Part shown: positions 53,822 to 64,000 of the stretch, one piece after another | Position numbering within the stretch: position 1 is the first letter of the stretch | Layout: every line of letters begins with the position of its first letter | Assembly (NCBI GenBank): GCA_963709555.1 | Contig: CAVPWR010000008.1 | Location: 503,573 to 567,572, forward strand | DNA length: 64,000 nucleotides | Source of the DNA: an uncultured beta proteobacterium | GTDB lineage: Bacteria > Pseudomonadota > Gammaproteobacteria > Burkholderiales > Rhodocyclaceae | Direction: 5' to 3' | Program-made: the position numbers and the translations under genes | Notes under the pieces: generated by a model | What the model was told of the DNA's origin: nothing | Databases searched by the model: none | Seen by the model: only the letters and a program-made list of their open reading frames with translations

Positions 53822-56523
53822 TCGCGTTCGAGCCAGCGGGCGAACTCTTCGCCGGGCATCGGCTTGCCGAAGTGGTAGCCCTGCAGCACATCGACGCCCA
53901 GGTCGCGCAGGATGGTGGCGGTTGCCGCATCTTCCACGCCCTCGGCCACCGACTGCAGTCCGAGGTTGCGGGCGATCTGGATGATCGACTGCACCATCGA
54001 CAGCCCCTTGGGATCGTGGATGCGCCGGACGAAGGACATGTCGATCTTGAGCTCGTCGGCCGGCATCTCATGCAGTTGCGACAGCGCCGAGTAGCCGGTG
54101 CCGAAGTCATCGATGGCGATGGCGAATCCGGCCGCGCGCAACTCGTGCAGGCGCGCCGCCGCGTGCTCGACGTCGCGCAACGCCACGCTTTCCGTCACTT
54201 CGAGCACGATGTCGGCCGGGCCAAGGCCGAAGCGCTGCAGATCCTCGAGCATGCGCTCGGTCAGCGAGCCGATGAAGAGCTGCCGCTTCGAAATGTTGAT
54301 GGCCAGGCGCAGGTCGCCGTGGCCGCCCGCCCGCCAGTCGCGCAGTTGCGCCAGGCTGGCGAGCCAGATCTGGTTGCCGAGTTCGCGGATGAGGCCGATG
54401 TTCTCGGCCATCGGAATGAAGGTGACGGGGCTGATCCAGCCGATCTCGCCGTCGTGCCAGCGCGCCAGGGCTTCGGCGCCGACGCAGCGTCCGTCCGTGG
54501 CCGACACCAGGGGCTGGAACCACGCCTGGATGCGGCACTCGTTGATGGCATTGGCGAGATGGTTCTGGATGTAGATATCCTTCTTGCCCAGCCCCTTGTC
54601 GCTCATGTCGGAGAAGAAGCAGACCTGGTTGCGGCCCTGCGCCTTGGCGTAGAACATGGCGCGGTCGGCCTGCGAGAACAGCTGCTCCATGTCCTCGCCA
54701 TCGGCCGGATAGACGGTGGCGCCCATGCTGAAAGTGACGCGGATATCGGTGCCATCGACATTCAGCGGTGTTTGCACCATGTCGGCGACTTTACGCGTCA
54801 CCTCGCGCACGGCATCGAGCGATTCCATGTCGGGCAGCAGCAGCACGAACTCGTCGCCGCCCCAGCGCGCCAGCGTGTCGCCCGAGCGCAGCGCGCTGCG
54901 CAGCAACTCGGCGAAGCCTATCAGCAGCGCATCGCCGGCCTTGTGTCCGAGGGAATCGTTGATGGCCTTGAAGTTGTCGAGGTCGAGGAAGCACACGGCG
55001 GCACAGTGGCCGCTGCGCTGCGCCAGGCGCAAGGCCACCTTGAAGCGGTCTTCCAACAGCACCCGGTTGGGCAGCCCGGTCAGCGCGTCGTGCAACGCCA
55101 TGTGGGTGATCTGCCGCTCATGCTGGTAGGTCTGGGTAATGTCGCGGATGACGCCGCGGATGGCCGCCAGTTCGCCAGCGGGGTTCCGATGGCCGATGAA
55201 TCGCGCCTCGACCCATTCCTCGTGGCTGCTGTCCACGGCGAGGCGCAGCCGCATCACCGTCTGCTCCTTTTTGGAAGTGCGCAGCAGCTCGCATTGCCCG
55301 CGCAGTGCCTCGACGTCATCCGCATGGACGAATGTTGCCAGCGCCATGCCGACCGAGTTGTCGCTGTGGCACAAGCGTGCCCAGCCAGGACTGGCATGAA
55401 TGATGCGGCCATCGAAGTCGAGGTCGAGCACTGCCTCCTCCAGAATCGCCAGCGTCTCCATGTAGATCTTCTGCTCGGCCTCGCGCTGTTCCACCGTCGC
55501 CGCCAGGTCTTCGAAGGCCCCGGCCAGCGCGGCGATCTCGTCTTCGCGCTGGCGCGTCGGTGCCAGCCGCCGCGCCACGTCGGCCGCCCCGGCCCGGCCC
55601 GCCGCGTACTCGTCGAGCGCGTTATCCACGGCCTCGATGCGGCGAACCGTGACCGACAGCCAGCGCCACAGCCCGAGCCACAGCAGCAACGTCAGCGCGA
55701 CAACGCCGACCGCGGCCAGGCCCATGAACTGCCAGGCCAGCTGCTCGCCGCTGACCGTCCGATAAGCCTTGAGCCGCGGCTTGCCCGCGCCCTCGTCGCC
55801 GGGCCAGGGAAGCTCCACCTCGACATAGCGCTGTTCGCCCTTGCGCACCGTGTCGTGGCGCATCGGGGTTTCCGCCAGATCGAGCTGCGGATGCGAGCGC
55901 ACCAGCTCGCGCCGGTCCACGTAGATTTCGAGGTGCACGTCGGGAATCAGCAGCTGGCGCAGTGCCTCGCGATTGAGCGGGCGAAGCAGCAGCAGGGTCC
56001 CCTGACCGTCCGGACCAAGCCAGATCGGCTGGCGGTAGACACGGTAAATCTCGTCGTGCGACCGTACCAGGAACCAGTCGACACCGACGACATCCGCCGG
56101 ATTGATGGCTTGGGCGATCGGGCCGTAGCGATAGCGCACATCGCCACCGGGCCCAAGGACGAGCATGGTCGGGAAATCGATGAAGGCCCACTGGGCATTG
56201 AGGAAGGCGCTGAGCTTGGCGGCGGTGTTGGGGCCGCTCATCTCCAAAAGACGGGAAAATTCCATGCGCCCCAGCACCTGATCGGCACTGACCCGCCAGC
56301 TCGACTCAAGCCGCAGCAGCTGGTCGGTGTAGTAGTCGCGCGTGACGTTGCGGCGCTGCGCGATTTCGCGGCCCTCGACGATATAGAACGAGGCAATGCC
56401 GGTCCCCACTACCGCGGTCGCGGCAATGCCGGCCACCAGCAGCAGATGGGTGAAGGCCTGTCCGCGCAGCCGCGCGAAACGCCATTGCAGCCACCCCTTC
56501 AGGCCGGTGCCGGAATGCGCCAT
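53809..56523 (-). CDS. Membrane sensor with HAMP-PAS-GGDEF-EAL domains
   Basis: Two TM segments, HDALTGLPNR, RWGGDEF, AEALARW, DDFGTGYS, ELKID. Confidence 0.93.
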   Translation of the reverse strand: MAHSGTGLKGWLQWRFARLRGQAFTHLLLVAGIAATAVVGTGIASFYIVEGREIAQRRNVTRDYYTDQLLRLESSWRVSADQVLGRMEFSRLLEMSGPNTAAKLSAFLNAQWAFIDFPTMLVLGPGGDVRYRYGPIAQAINPADVVGVDWFLVRSHDEIYRVYRQPIWLGPDGQGTLLLLRPLNREALRQLLIPDVHLEIYVDRRELVRSHPQLDLAETPMRHDTVRKGEQRYVEVELPWPGDEGAGKPRLKAYRTVSGEQLAWQFMGLAAVGVVALTLLLWLGLWRWLSVTVRRIEAVDNALDEYAAGRAGAADVARRLAPTRQREDEIAALAGAFEDLAATVEQREAEQKIYMETLAILEEAVLDLDFDGRIIHASPGWARLCHSDNSVGMALATFVHADDVEALRGQCELLRTSKKEQTVMRLRLAVDSSHEEWVEARFIGHRNPAGELAAIRGVIRDITQTYQHERQITHMALHDALTGLPNRVLLEDRFKVALRLAQRSGHCAAVCFLDLDNFKAINDSLGHKAGDALLIGFAELLRSALRSGDTLARWGGDEFVLLLPDMESLDAVREVTRKVADMVQTPLNVDGTDIRVTFSMGATVYPADGEDMEQLFSQADRAMFYAKAQGRNQVCFFSDMSDKGLGKKDIYIQNHLANAINECRIQAWFQPLVSATDGRCVGAEALARWHDGEIGWISPVTFIPMAENIGLIRELGNQIWLASLAQLRDWRAGGHGDLRLAINISKRQLFIGSLTERMLEDLQRFGLGPADIVLEVTESVALRDVEHAAARLHELRAAGFAIAIDDFGTGYSALSQLHEMPADELKIDMSFVRRIHDPKGLSMVQSIIQIARNLGLQSVAEGVEDAATATILRDLGVDVLQGYHFGKPMPGEEFARWLERDQRA

Positions 56524-56527
56524 TCTT

Positions 56528-57544
56528 TCAGCGCAGCCAGCGCTCGTCGATCACGGCCGTGATGTCGCGGCCATCGGGCATGGCTAGTCCCACCGATTTC
56601 ATGAACAGGCGCGTGGCTTCGACATCGGCCTTGCTGAAACTTCCGTCGCGGCTGAAAAAGTTGGGCAACCGGCCCAGCGCATGCGCGACGTCGGCGCGCT
56701 GCGCGGGATCGGCGATGCCGAGGCGCAGCGGGATCTGCTCGCGTGGCGACTCGTGGATCCACTTCAGTGCGCGCAGCAGCATCAGCACCATCTTGCGTGC
56801 CGCCTCCGGCCGCGCAGCCAGGAGTTGCGGCGAGGACGCCAGCACGGCCCGGATGTGGTTGCGCCCGGCCAGTTGCACCGGATTCTTCGGATCGGAGAGG
56901 CTGGCGATCTGAACGCCGATGCCCTCGCGCACCAGCGTGCTCGAAGCGGGTTCCTCGCAGAACACCGCATCGACCACCTCGCCGGCCAGCGCGCCATGGA
57001 CACCCTCGAAATTCTGCGTGATCGGCGTCCATCGCACCTCCTGCGGCCGCACGCCACTGGTGCCGATCCAGTGCTCGGCCAGCAGTTGCAGATAGGTCTT
57101 GGTCGACGAACTGCCCATCGGCACCCCCACGCTGTGGCCGCGCAGGTCCTTGAGGCTGCGGATCTTCGAAGCCAGGGCCTTGCGCACGACGATGCCGTAG
57201 GGCGGCGCGCCGCTGGAGAGCGCGGCGATGGCGACGATGTCCTTTTGGCGCGCAACGAAGTTCGGCAGGATGGGAAAGCCCGTGCCGGCAAAATCGGCAT
57301 TGCCGGCCAGCATGTCCTCGGCGGCAAGAACTCCCGACGGCAGGTGACGGATGGCGAGACGAATGCCGAGTTCGCGGTCGATGCCGAGTACTGGAATCAG
57401 TTCCAGCGGGAAAAATGGCATCAGGTGCGGACCGGGGATGTTGAGGCGGATCAGTTCGCCGCCAGCCGCATACAACGGCCGCAGTGCGCCAGCCATTCCT
57501 ATTGCTGCCAATCCGCCCAGAACCTGCCTGCGCGAGATGGTCAT
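56528..57544 (-). CDS. Tat-exported SsuA/NMT1-like substrate-binding protein
   Basis: SRRQVL signal, SLKDLRG..VGV, L.GEVVDAV...EP. Confidence 0.82.
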   Translation of the reverse strand: MTISRRQVLGGLAAIGMAGALRPLYAAGGELIRLNIPGPHLMPFFPLELIPVLGIDRELGIRLAIRHLPSGVLAAEDMLAGNADFAGTGFPILPNFVARQKDIVAIAALSSGAPPYGIVVRKALASKIRSLKDLRGHSVGVPMGSSSTKTYLQLLAEHWIGTSGVRPQEVRWTPITQNFEGVHGALAGEVVDAVFCEEPASSTLVREGIGVQIASLSDPKNPVQLAGRNHIRAVLASSPQLLAARPEAARKMVLMLLRALKWIHESPREQIPLRLGIADPAQRADVAHALGRLPNFFSRDGSFSKADVEATRLFMKSVGLAMPDGRDITAVIDERWLR

Positions 57545-57708
57545 GATTCCCCTCCGCCTATCTTTAGGTCTAAAGAAGAATGGCACGTCTGCCTTGCAAG
57601 CACAAGGGGGTGCGGTAGGGGGCAGCAGCAGGGGGAGCGGTTGCGGGAAAACCGGAGGCATGGACGCGGCAGATGTCGCGTGCGGCCGTGTGTATTTCGG
57701 GGGGTTTT

Positions 57709-57783
57709 TGGTGGGCGGTACTGGGTTCGAACCAGTGACCCCTGCCGTGTGAAGGCAGTGCTCTACCGCTGAGCTAACCGCCC
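57709..57783 (-). tRNA. tRNA-Val (anticodon CAC)
   Basis: GGGCGGTTAGCTCAGCGGTAGAGCACTGCCTT-CAC-ACGGCAGGGGTCACTGGTTCGAACCCAGTACCGCCCACCA; cloverleaf with encoded CCA. Confidence 0.97.
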
Positions 57784-57883
57784 CCGAAAAGGAGGCGCAT
57801 TAGACCACAAAGCTTCTCGGCCAGTCAATTCGCTGTCGCCTCTCGCGTAGAATGACCTGCTTTGCCCTGCCAGCCCTTTGCTC

Positions 57884-59275
57884 ATGACGGTCCGTACCCG
57901 CTTCGCTCCCAGCCCGACCGGCTATCTCCACATCGGCGGTGCCCGCACCGCGCTGTTTTCCTGGGCCTATGCCCGCCGCCACGGCGGTACTTTCATCCTG
58001 CGCATCGAGGACACCGACATCGCCCGCTCGACGCCCGAGGCGGTGCAGGCGATCATCGACGGCATGCAGTGGCTGGACCTCGCCCACGACGAGGGGCCGT
58101 TCTACCAGATGCAGCGGATGTACCGCTACAAGGAGGTGATCCAGCAGATGCTGGCGGCGGGCACGGCCTACCAGTGCTACATGTCTTCCGAGGAGCTCGA
58201 GCAGATCCGCGAGGCGCAGCGCGCGCGCGGCGAGAAGCCGCGCTACGACGGACGCTGGCGGCCCGAGCCCGGCAAGACGCTGCCGACGCCGCCCTCGGGC
58301 GTGCAGCCGGTGGTGCGCTTCCAGCAACCCGAGCATGGCGTCGTGGCCTGGGACGACCTGGTCAAGGGCCGCATCGAGTTCGCCAACGACGAACTCGACG
58401 ATTTCATCATCGCCCGCGCCGATGGCACGCCGACCTACAATTTCTGCGTGGTGGTCGATGACTGGGACATGGCGATCACCCATGTCATCCGCGGCGACGA
58501 CCACGTGAACAACACGCCGCGCCAGATCAACGTGCTCAAGGCGCTCGGCGCGACAGTGCCCGAATATGCCCACGTCTCGATGATCCTCGGCGACGACGGC
58601 CAGAAGCTCTCCAAGCGCCACGGCGCGGTGTCGGTGATGCAGTACGAGGAGGACGGCTACCTGCCCGAGGCGGTCATCAACTACCTGGCGCGCCTCGGCT
58701 GGTCGCACGGCGACGAGGAAGTGTTTTCGCGCGAGCAGTTCGTGCAGTGGTTCGACCTCGCCCACATCACGCCCTCGGCGGCGCAGTTCAACACCGAGAA
58801 GCTCAACTGGCTGAACGCCCATTACATCAAGCTGGCCGACGATGCGCGGCTGGCCGGCGAGATTCGCCGGCGGCTGGCGGCGCAGGGCGCGACGGTCGGC
58901 GACCATCCCGATCCGGCGCAGGTCGCCGCGCTCTACAAGGAACGGGTGGCGACGCTCAACGAACTGGCCGACGCGGCACATCCCTTCTATGTCGCGACGC
59001 ATCCATCGGACGAGCTGCGGGCGCAGCATTTCACCGCGGCGGCGCTGGCGGCCTTGCGCGACCTGCATGGCCGGCTGGCGGCAGCGCCGTGGGAGCGTCC
59101 GGCCCTGAGCCAGGCGCTGAAGGCGACGCTGGCCGCCACCGGCCTCAAGATGCCGCAGGTGGCGATTCCGCTGCGCGTGGCCTTGCTCGGCCAGCCGCAG
59201 TCGCCGGCCATCGACGCCGTGCTCGAAGTGCTGGGGCGCGATGCGGTGCTGGCGCGCCTGGCGGCTGTCTTCTGA
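57884..59275 (+). CDS. gltX: Glutamate-tRNA ligase
   Basis: [27 protein letters not shown]. Confidence 0.97.
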   Translation: MTVRTRFAPSPTGYLHIGGARTALFSWAYARRHGGTFILRIEDTDIARSTPEAVQAIIDGMQWLDLAHDEGPFYQMQRMYRYKEVIQQMLAAGTAYQCYMSSEELEQIREAQRARGEKPRYDGRWRPEPGKTLPTPPSGVQPVVRFQQPEHGVVAWDDLVKGRIEFANDELDDFIIARADGTPTYNFCVVVDDWDMAITHVIRGDDHVNNTPRQINVLKALGATVPEYAHVSMILGDDGQKLSKRHGAVSVMQYEEDGYLPEAVINYLARLGWSHGDEEVFSREQFVQWFDLAHITPSAAQFNTEKLNWLNAHYIKLADDARLAGEIRRRLAAQGATVGDHPDPAQVAALYKERVATLNELADAAHPFYVATHPSDELRAQHFTAAALAALRDLHGRLAAAPWERPALSQALKATLAATGLKMPQVAIPLRVALLGQPQSPAIDAVLEVLGRDAVLARLAAVF

Positions 59276-59328
59276 AGCCCCGTCGCTTCCTTGACAGGCG
59301 CCGTTGCGCGAACCATTCTTGGATTGTT

Positions 59329-60165
59329 ATGTCGATCCGCAGTCCTCTCGTTCTACTGTCCTGCATCGCCCTGGCCGGTTGCGCCTCTTCATCGCAGACG
59401 GGGCGGCAGCAGGTGGTCGTGCCCACCCAGGTGAGCGAGGTTTATTCCGAGGTCAACCTGCAGATGAAGCTTGCCGGCGCGGCGGCGCCGAGCGTTGAGC
59501 AGAGCGAGGATCAGTGCCTGTCGTTCGAGTATCAGCGGCAGATCCGCAAGCTCATGGAAAAAACGGTGGTGACGGCGAAGCGGCTCTATCCCGATCTCGA
59601 GGAGCGGGGGGTCAAGTTCCGCTTCGAAGTCGCGCCCAGCGCACAGGCCGGCGTGTTTTCGAATGCCGGCGGCACCATCGTGATTCTGCAGGGGACGCAA
59701 GACATGCCGCTGCCGGATTCCGTGCTGTCCTACGTCATAGCCCGCGAGATGGGCCATGTCATCGGCCGCCACCATGACGAAAATTCGGCGGCGACGGTGA
59801 TGTTCTCGGTGTTGACGCAAGTGCTTTTCCCGGCGGCTGCGCTGGTCAAGGGCCTGGCCGTGGTGCTGCCGACGACCGCAATGGGCACGGCGGTGACGGC
59901 TTCGGCGGTCTCCTATCTTGGCGCCACCGCGCTACGTACCACTTATCGCGGAGATCACCTGCGCGAGGCGGAGGGGATCGCCTTTACGCTGCTGGCGGAG
60001 TCAGGCTGGGATCTGTATGAGGTTGCCGCCGAGGCAAGCACGGTAACCGTCAAGGGCGGTGACGCTACCTGGATGGAGGAGTTGCAGCAATCGCTGTCCA
60101 ACCTCGATCAGTTGGCTTACGGCCCGCGCCGGCAGCCTTTCCGCGTGCAGCCTCGCGGCGTGTGA
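59329..60165 (+). CDS. M48 peptidase-like lipoprotein with a degenerate zinc motif
   Basis: Lipobox LAGC, TGRQQ, VIAREMGHVIGRH; promoter TTGACA-17-CATTCT at 59291-59319. Confidence 0.78.
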   Translation: MSIRSPLVLLSCIALAGCASSSQTGRQQVVVPTQVSEVYSEVNLQMKLAGAAAPSVEQSEDQCLSFEYQRQIRKLMEKTVVTAKRLYPDLEERGVKFRFEVAPSAQAGVFSNAGGTIVILQGTQDMPLPDSVLSYVIAREMGHVIGRHHDENSAATVMFSVLTQVLFPAAALVKGLAVVLPTTAMGTAVTASAVSYLGATALRTTYRGDHLREAEGIAFTLLAESGWDLYEVAAEASTVTVKGGDATWMEELQQSLSNLDQLAYGPRRQPFRVQPRGV

Positions 60166-60173
60166 AATGCGTG

Positions 60174-60197
60174 ATCCCCCGCCCGAGGGCGGGGGAT
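60174..60197. terminator. Hairpin between convergent genes
   Basis: ATCCCCCGCC-CGAG-GGCGGGGGAT. Confidence 0.6.
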
Positions 60198-60204
60198 GGG
60201 AACG

Positions 60205-60924
60205 TCAGGCGCGGGAGACCAGCAGGCCGTTCTCGACCCGGACGCGATCGCCGCTGCGCCAGGCCGGGGCGGTGTCCTGGTGGAAGACGCGGGTCGTGCC
60301 ATCTTCCAGTCGGACGGTGATCTGGTAGTCGACGACCCGTTTCTGCGCCTTCTCGATCTGGTTGCCGGCGACGGCGCCGCCGAGAACGCCGACCACCGTG
60401 GCGACGTCGCGGCCGCGGCCCTGGCCGATCTGGTTGCCGAGCACGCCGCCGAGCACGCCGCCGGCGACGGCGCCGATGCCGGAACCTTCGGCTTCCTTGG
60501 CGATTTCACGCACCGACTCGATGGTGCCGCAGTCGTGGCAGATCGCCGGCGCCTGGCTGTAGACCGGCGCGGAGGTGCGGATCTGCTCCGGTGCGCGATA
60601 GACCTCGATGTCGGACGGCTGCTGGTTGCGTGCGACGCGCACCGGCCTCGGTGCGGCCGGCTTGGCCGCTGCGGCCGGAGCGGGCGTCGTATTCACATTG
60701 ACGGCGACCGTCGGTACCTGGGCAGCGGGCGGCGTCAAAGCGGCAGGCTGCGCCACGGCAGTCGGCTGCATCGAGGCGACTTGCAGCTGGGGGGCGGCAT
60801 CGGCACTCTTGTGGCCGAAGGGAATCACGCCGGTGAGCACGCCGACGCCCGCAAGTGAAAGGGCGGTGACGGAAGCGGCGGCGATCATCAGGGCCGGATG
60901 CAGGGTGGGGCGGTTGTTTTCCAT
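60205..60924 (-). CDS. Glycine-zipper 2TM domain protein
   Basis: C.DCG.I.SV, GAVAGGVLGGVLGNQIGQG.G...ATVVG..GGAVAGNQIE. Confidence 0.9.
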   Translation of the reverse strand: MENNRPTLHPALMIAAASVTALSLAGVGVLTGVIPFGHKSADAAPQLQVASMQPTAVAQPAALTPPAAQVPTVAVNVNTTPAPAAAAKPAAPRPVRVARNQQPSDIEVYRAPEQIRTSAPVYSQAPAICHDCGTIESVREIAKEAEGSGIGAVAGGVLGGVLGNQIGQGRGRDVATVVGVLGGAVAGNQIEKAQKRVVDYQITVRLEDGTTRVFHQDTAPAWRSGDRVRVENGLLVSRA

Positions 60925-61025
60925 GGTGTCCTCGTTGAAGAATTGTTGTCTGGCACGGACTATAACGAGCTTGATCCGGTCTTTGAGGACGGATGCAACG
61001 AACTGTTACACCTGCACGGTAATTG

Positions 61026-62931
61026 TTACAACTCGGCGGCGGGACGGCGGCGGGGCGGTTTCGCCAGGAAGCGCGCCGGTTCGGCCGCGGCGGCGAGGTC
61101 GGCCTCCAGCGGCAGCGGCTCGGCGGCGATGCGGCTGGCCAGCAGCTCGGCCGTGAGCGTGGCCCAGACCAGGCCGCGGGCGCCGAAGCCGGAGATGACG
61201 TGGAGGCCGTCGGGCGACGCGTCTGCTGCTGCCAGCATCGGCCCGGCCAGCGGCAGGCGGTCGGGCGACATCGGGCGGAAGCTGGTGCGACCCGCCAGTT
61301 GCGCCGGGTCGAGGGTCTGGCCGAAGCCCGGCAGGATCATGTCCAGCCGGTGCAGGTTTTCGACATGGTCGTCGCGGCGCGGCGCGGGATCAAAGTCGCG
61401 CGCCATGGTGGCGCCGGCGCAGCGGATGCCATCGACCGCCGGCGTCACATAACCGAGGCGGCAGGCGACGATGTCGAGCGGTGGCGTGTCGCCTTCCGGC
61501 AGCAAGGAAACCGTGCCACGCCCCGGCCAGACCGGCAGCAGGCGCTCCGGCACAAGTCGCCCGACCTGGGCGCCGGCGGCGAGCACGACCTGCGGCGCTT
61601 CGGCGATGACGCTGCCGTCGGCGGCGTACAGCCGCCAGATTTCGCCGTGGCGTTCGAGGCGGGAGACGGCGGTGCCGTAGCGGGTTTCGATGCGGTCCGC
61701 GTGGCGCGCCAGGTTGGCTGCGCAAAAACTCGGCGGCACGATCCAGGCGCCGCCGGCGAACCACCAGCCGCCGGCCTCGATCGGCCAGCCGGCCAGTCGG
61801 GCAGCTTCCTCGCGCTCGACGAAGCGCGCGAATTCCGCTGGCGGCGCCTGCTCGGCGATGGCGCGTCGCTGGGTTTCCTCGTGCTTGGCGTCGCGCGACA
61901 GGTGCAGCACGCCGCAGCGCGCCCAGCGCAGCGGCAGCCCTTCGGCCGCGAGGGCGGAAAGGTGGCGCGCCGCGTGCAGGTAGCCGGCGCGCAGCCAGCG
62001 CGAAAGCCGGTTGTCGTCGAGCGAGGGCAGGGGACGGATGATGCCGACGGGGTTGCCTGAGGCGCCAGTCGCGGGACCTCCGGCGGCGTCGATCAGCGTG
62101 ACATCGAAGCCGCGCGCGGCGAGCCGTTCGGCGATCGACGTGCCGGCGATGCCGGCGCCGATCACAATGATGCGGCGGTCGGAAAAAGTCGGCACCCCAA
62201 GGGTACTTCCTGCGGGGCGCGCTGGCGGGGCGGTGCCGGGCAGACGACCGACCAGCATTTGACGCTTGGCCGCGAAGCCCGGGCGCTTCTCCAGCAAAAA
62301 GTCGGCGCTGGCGAGACGGCGACGGACATCGCCGGTGACCGCCCAGGTGGCGAGCGTGGCGCCGGGTGCGGCGAGTCGGCGCAACTCGGCGATGACCGCG
62401 TCGGACCAGAGTTCGGGATTCTTCGCCGGCGAGAAGCCGTCGAGGAAGAAGGCGTCGGCCTGTGCCCTGATCTGCGGCAGCAGCTCGAGCGCGTCACCGA
62501 AGGCCAGTGTCAGCGTGATGGGTGCCGAAATGCAGCCGGTGCAGGCCGGGTATGAGCAGCGGCCATTGTGCGCGGAGTTCCGCGGCGAGCGGTGCCAGTT
62601 CCGGCCAGGCTGCGTGCAGCCGCGCGAGGTCGGCGCGCAGAAAACGGATGTTTCTCGACGGACACGAAGTGCAGCCGCGCCGGTCGTTGCGGGTCGTCGT
62701 GCCAGGCTTGCCACGCGGCGAGGAAATTCAGGCCGAGGCCGAAGCCGGTTTCGAGGATGGTGAAGGAGTCACGGCCCTGCCAGCGTCGCGGCAGGTCGTT
62801 GCCGCCAAGGAAAACGTGGCGGGCCTGTTCGAGGCCGCCGGCGGCGGTGTGGTAGACGTCGTTGTAGGTCGGCGCGTAGGGGGTGCCGTTGCCGTCGAAC
62901 GCGAGTTCGGCGGCAACGAGCGGGACGTACT

Positions 62932-62935
<4 letters not shown>
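61026..62935 (-). CDS. mnmC: Bifunctional MnmC (frameshifts around 62520-62640 as sequenced)
   Basis: [47 protein letters not shown]. Confidence 0.9.
62192..62220 (-). repeat. Family-2 27-nt repeat, in frame in the mnmC interdomain linker
   Basis: GCCCCGCAGGAAGTACCCTTGGGG, 20/24 identical to the greB copy. Confidence 0.68.

Positions 62936-64000
<1,065 letters not shown>

Noticed and set aside
57581..57598. TGGCAC...TTGC as a sigma54 promoter
   Set aside because: The spacing is 2 nt too long and it faces away from the SBP gene.
53809..57709. Integrative element at tRNA-Val
   Set aside because: No integrase and no duplicated tRNA 3' end were found; only the position is suggestive.

Overview
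GC-rich betaproteobacterial chromosome segment; gene content and order suggest Rhodocyclales/Sterolibacteriaceae (inference). It is mostly housekeeping and accessory genes: hupK-like end, an NhaR-centred membrane-stress cluster (tim44-like, terC, htpX, yccA), a split MacAB-like ABC exporter with a Lon-like protease inside it, pfkA, a Ser/Thr kinase-HDOD-GAF protein, greB, htpG, a GspE/PilB ATPase, rnfABCDGE-(MCP)-nth, ald, pyrD, bpt-aat, Fur-boxed fbpC/fbpB, a lexA-like/umuD/umuC cassette, ssb, uvrA, sapC, an SBP plus GGDEF-EAL pair, tRNA-Val(CAC), gltX, mnmC, lysS, and three toxin-antitoxin loci. Several genes (rnfC, rnfD, mnmC, doc, a DNA glycosylase, an MFS) carry single-base frameshifts that look like assembly errors. 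The most unusual signal is a dispersed ~70-120 bp multi-hairpin repeat: 4 clear copies and 1 divergent, all in the sense orientation. At operon junctions it forms an open mini-ORF running from the upstream stop codon to an ATGA overlap with the downstream start, with a co-varying terminal stem that covers that start region. Elsewhere it sits in frame inside proteins. Also seen: a second 27-nt in-frame repeat family, a candidate GTGATC-N4-GATCAC operator for the LexA-like repressor, three NhaR-type boxes and several apparently leaderless promoters. No CRISPR array, rRNA, integrase or transposase was found.
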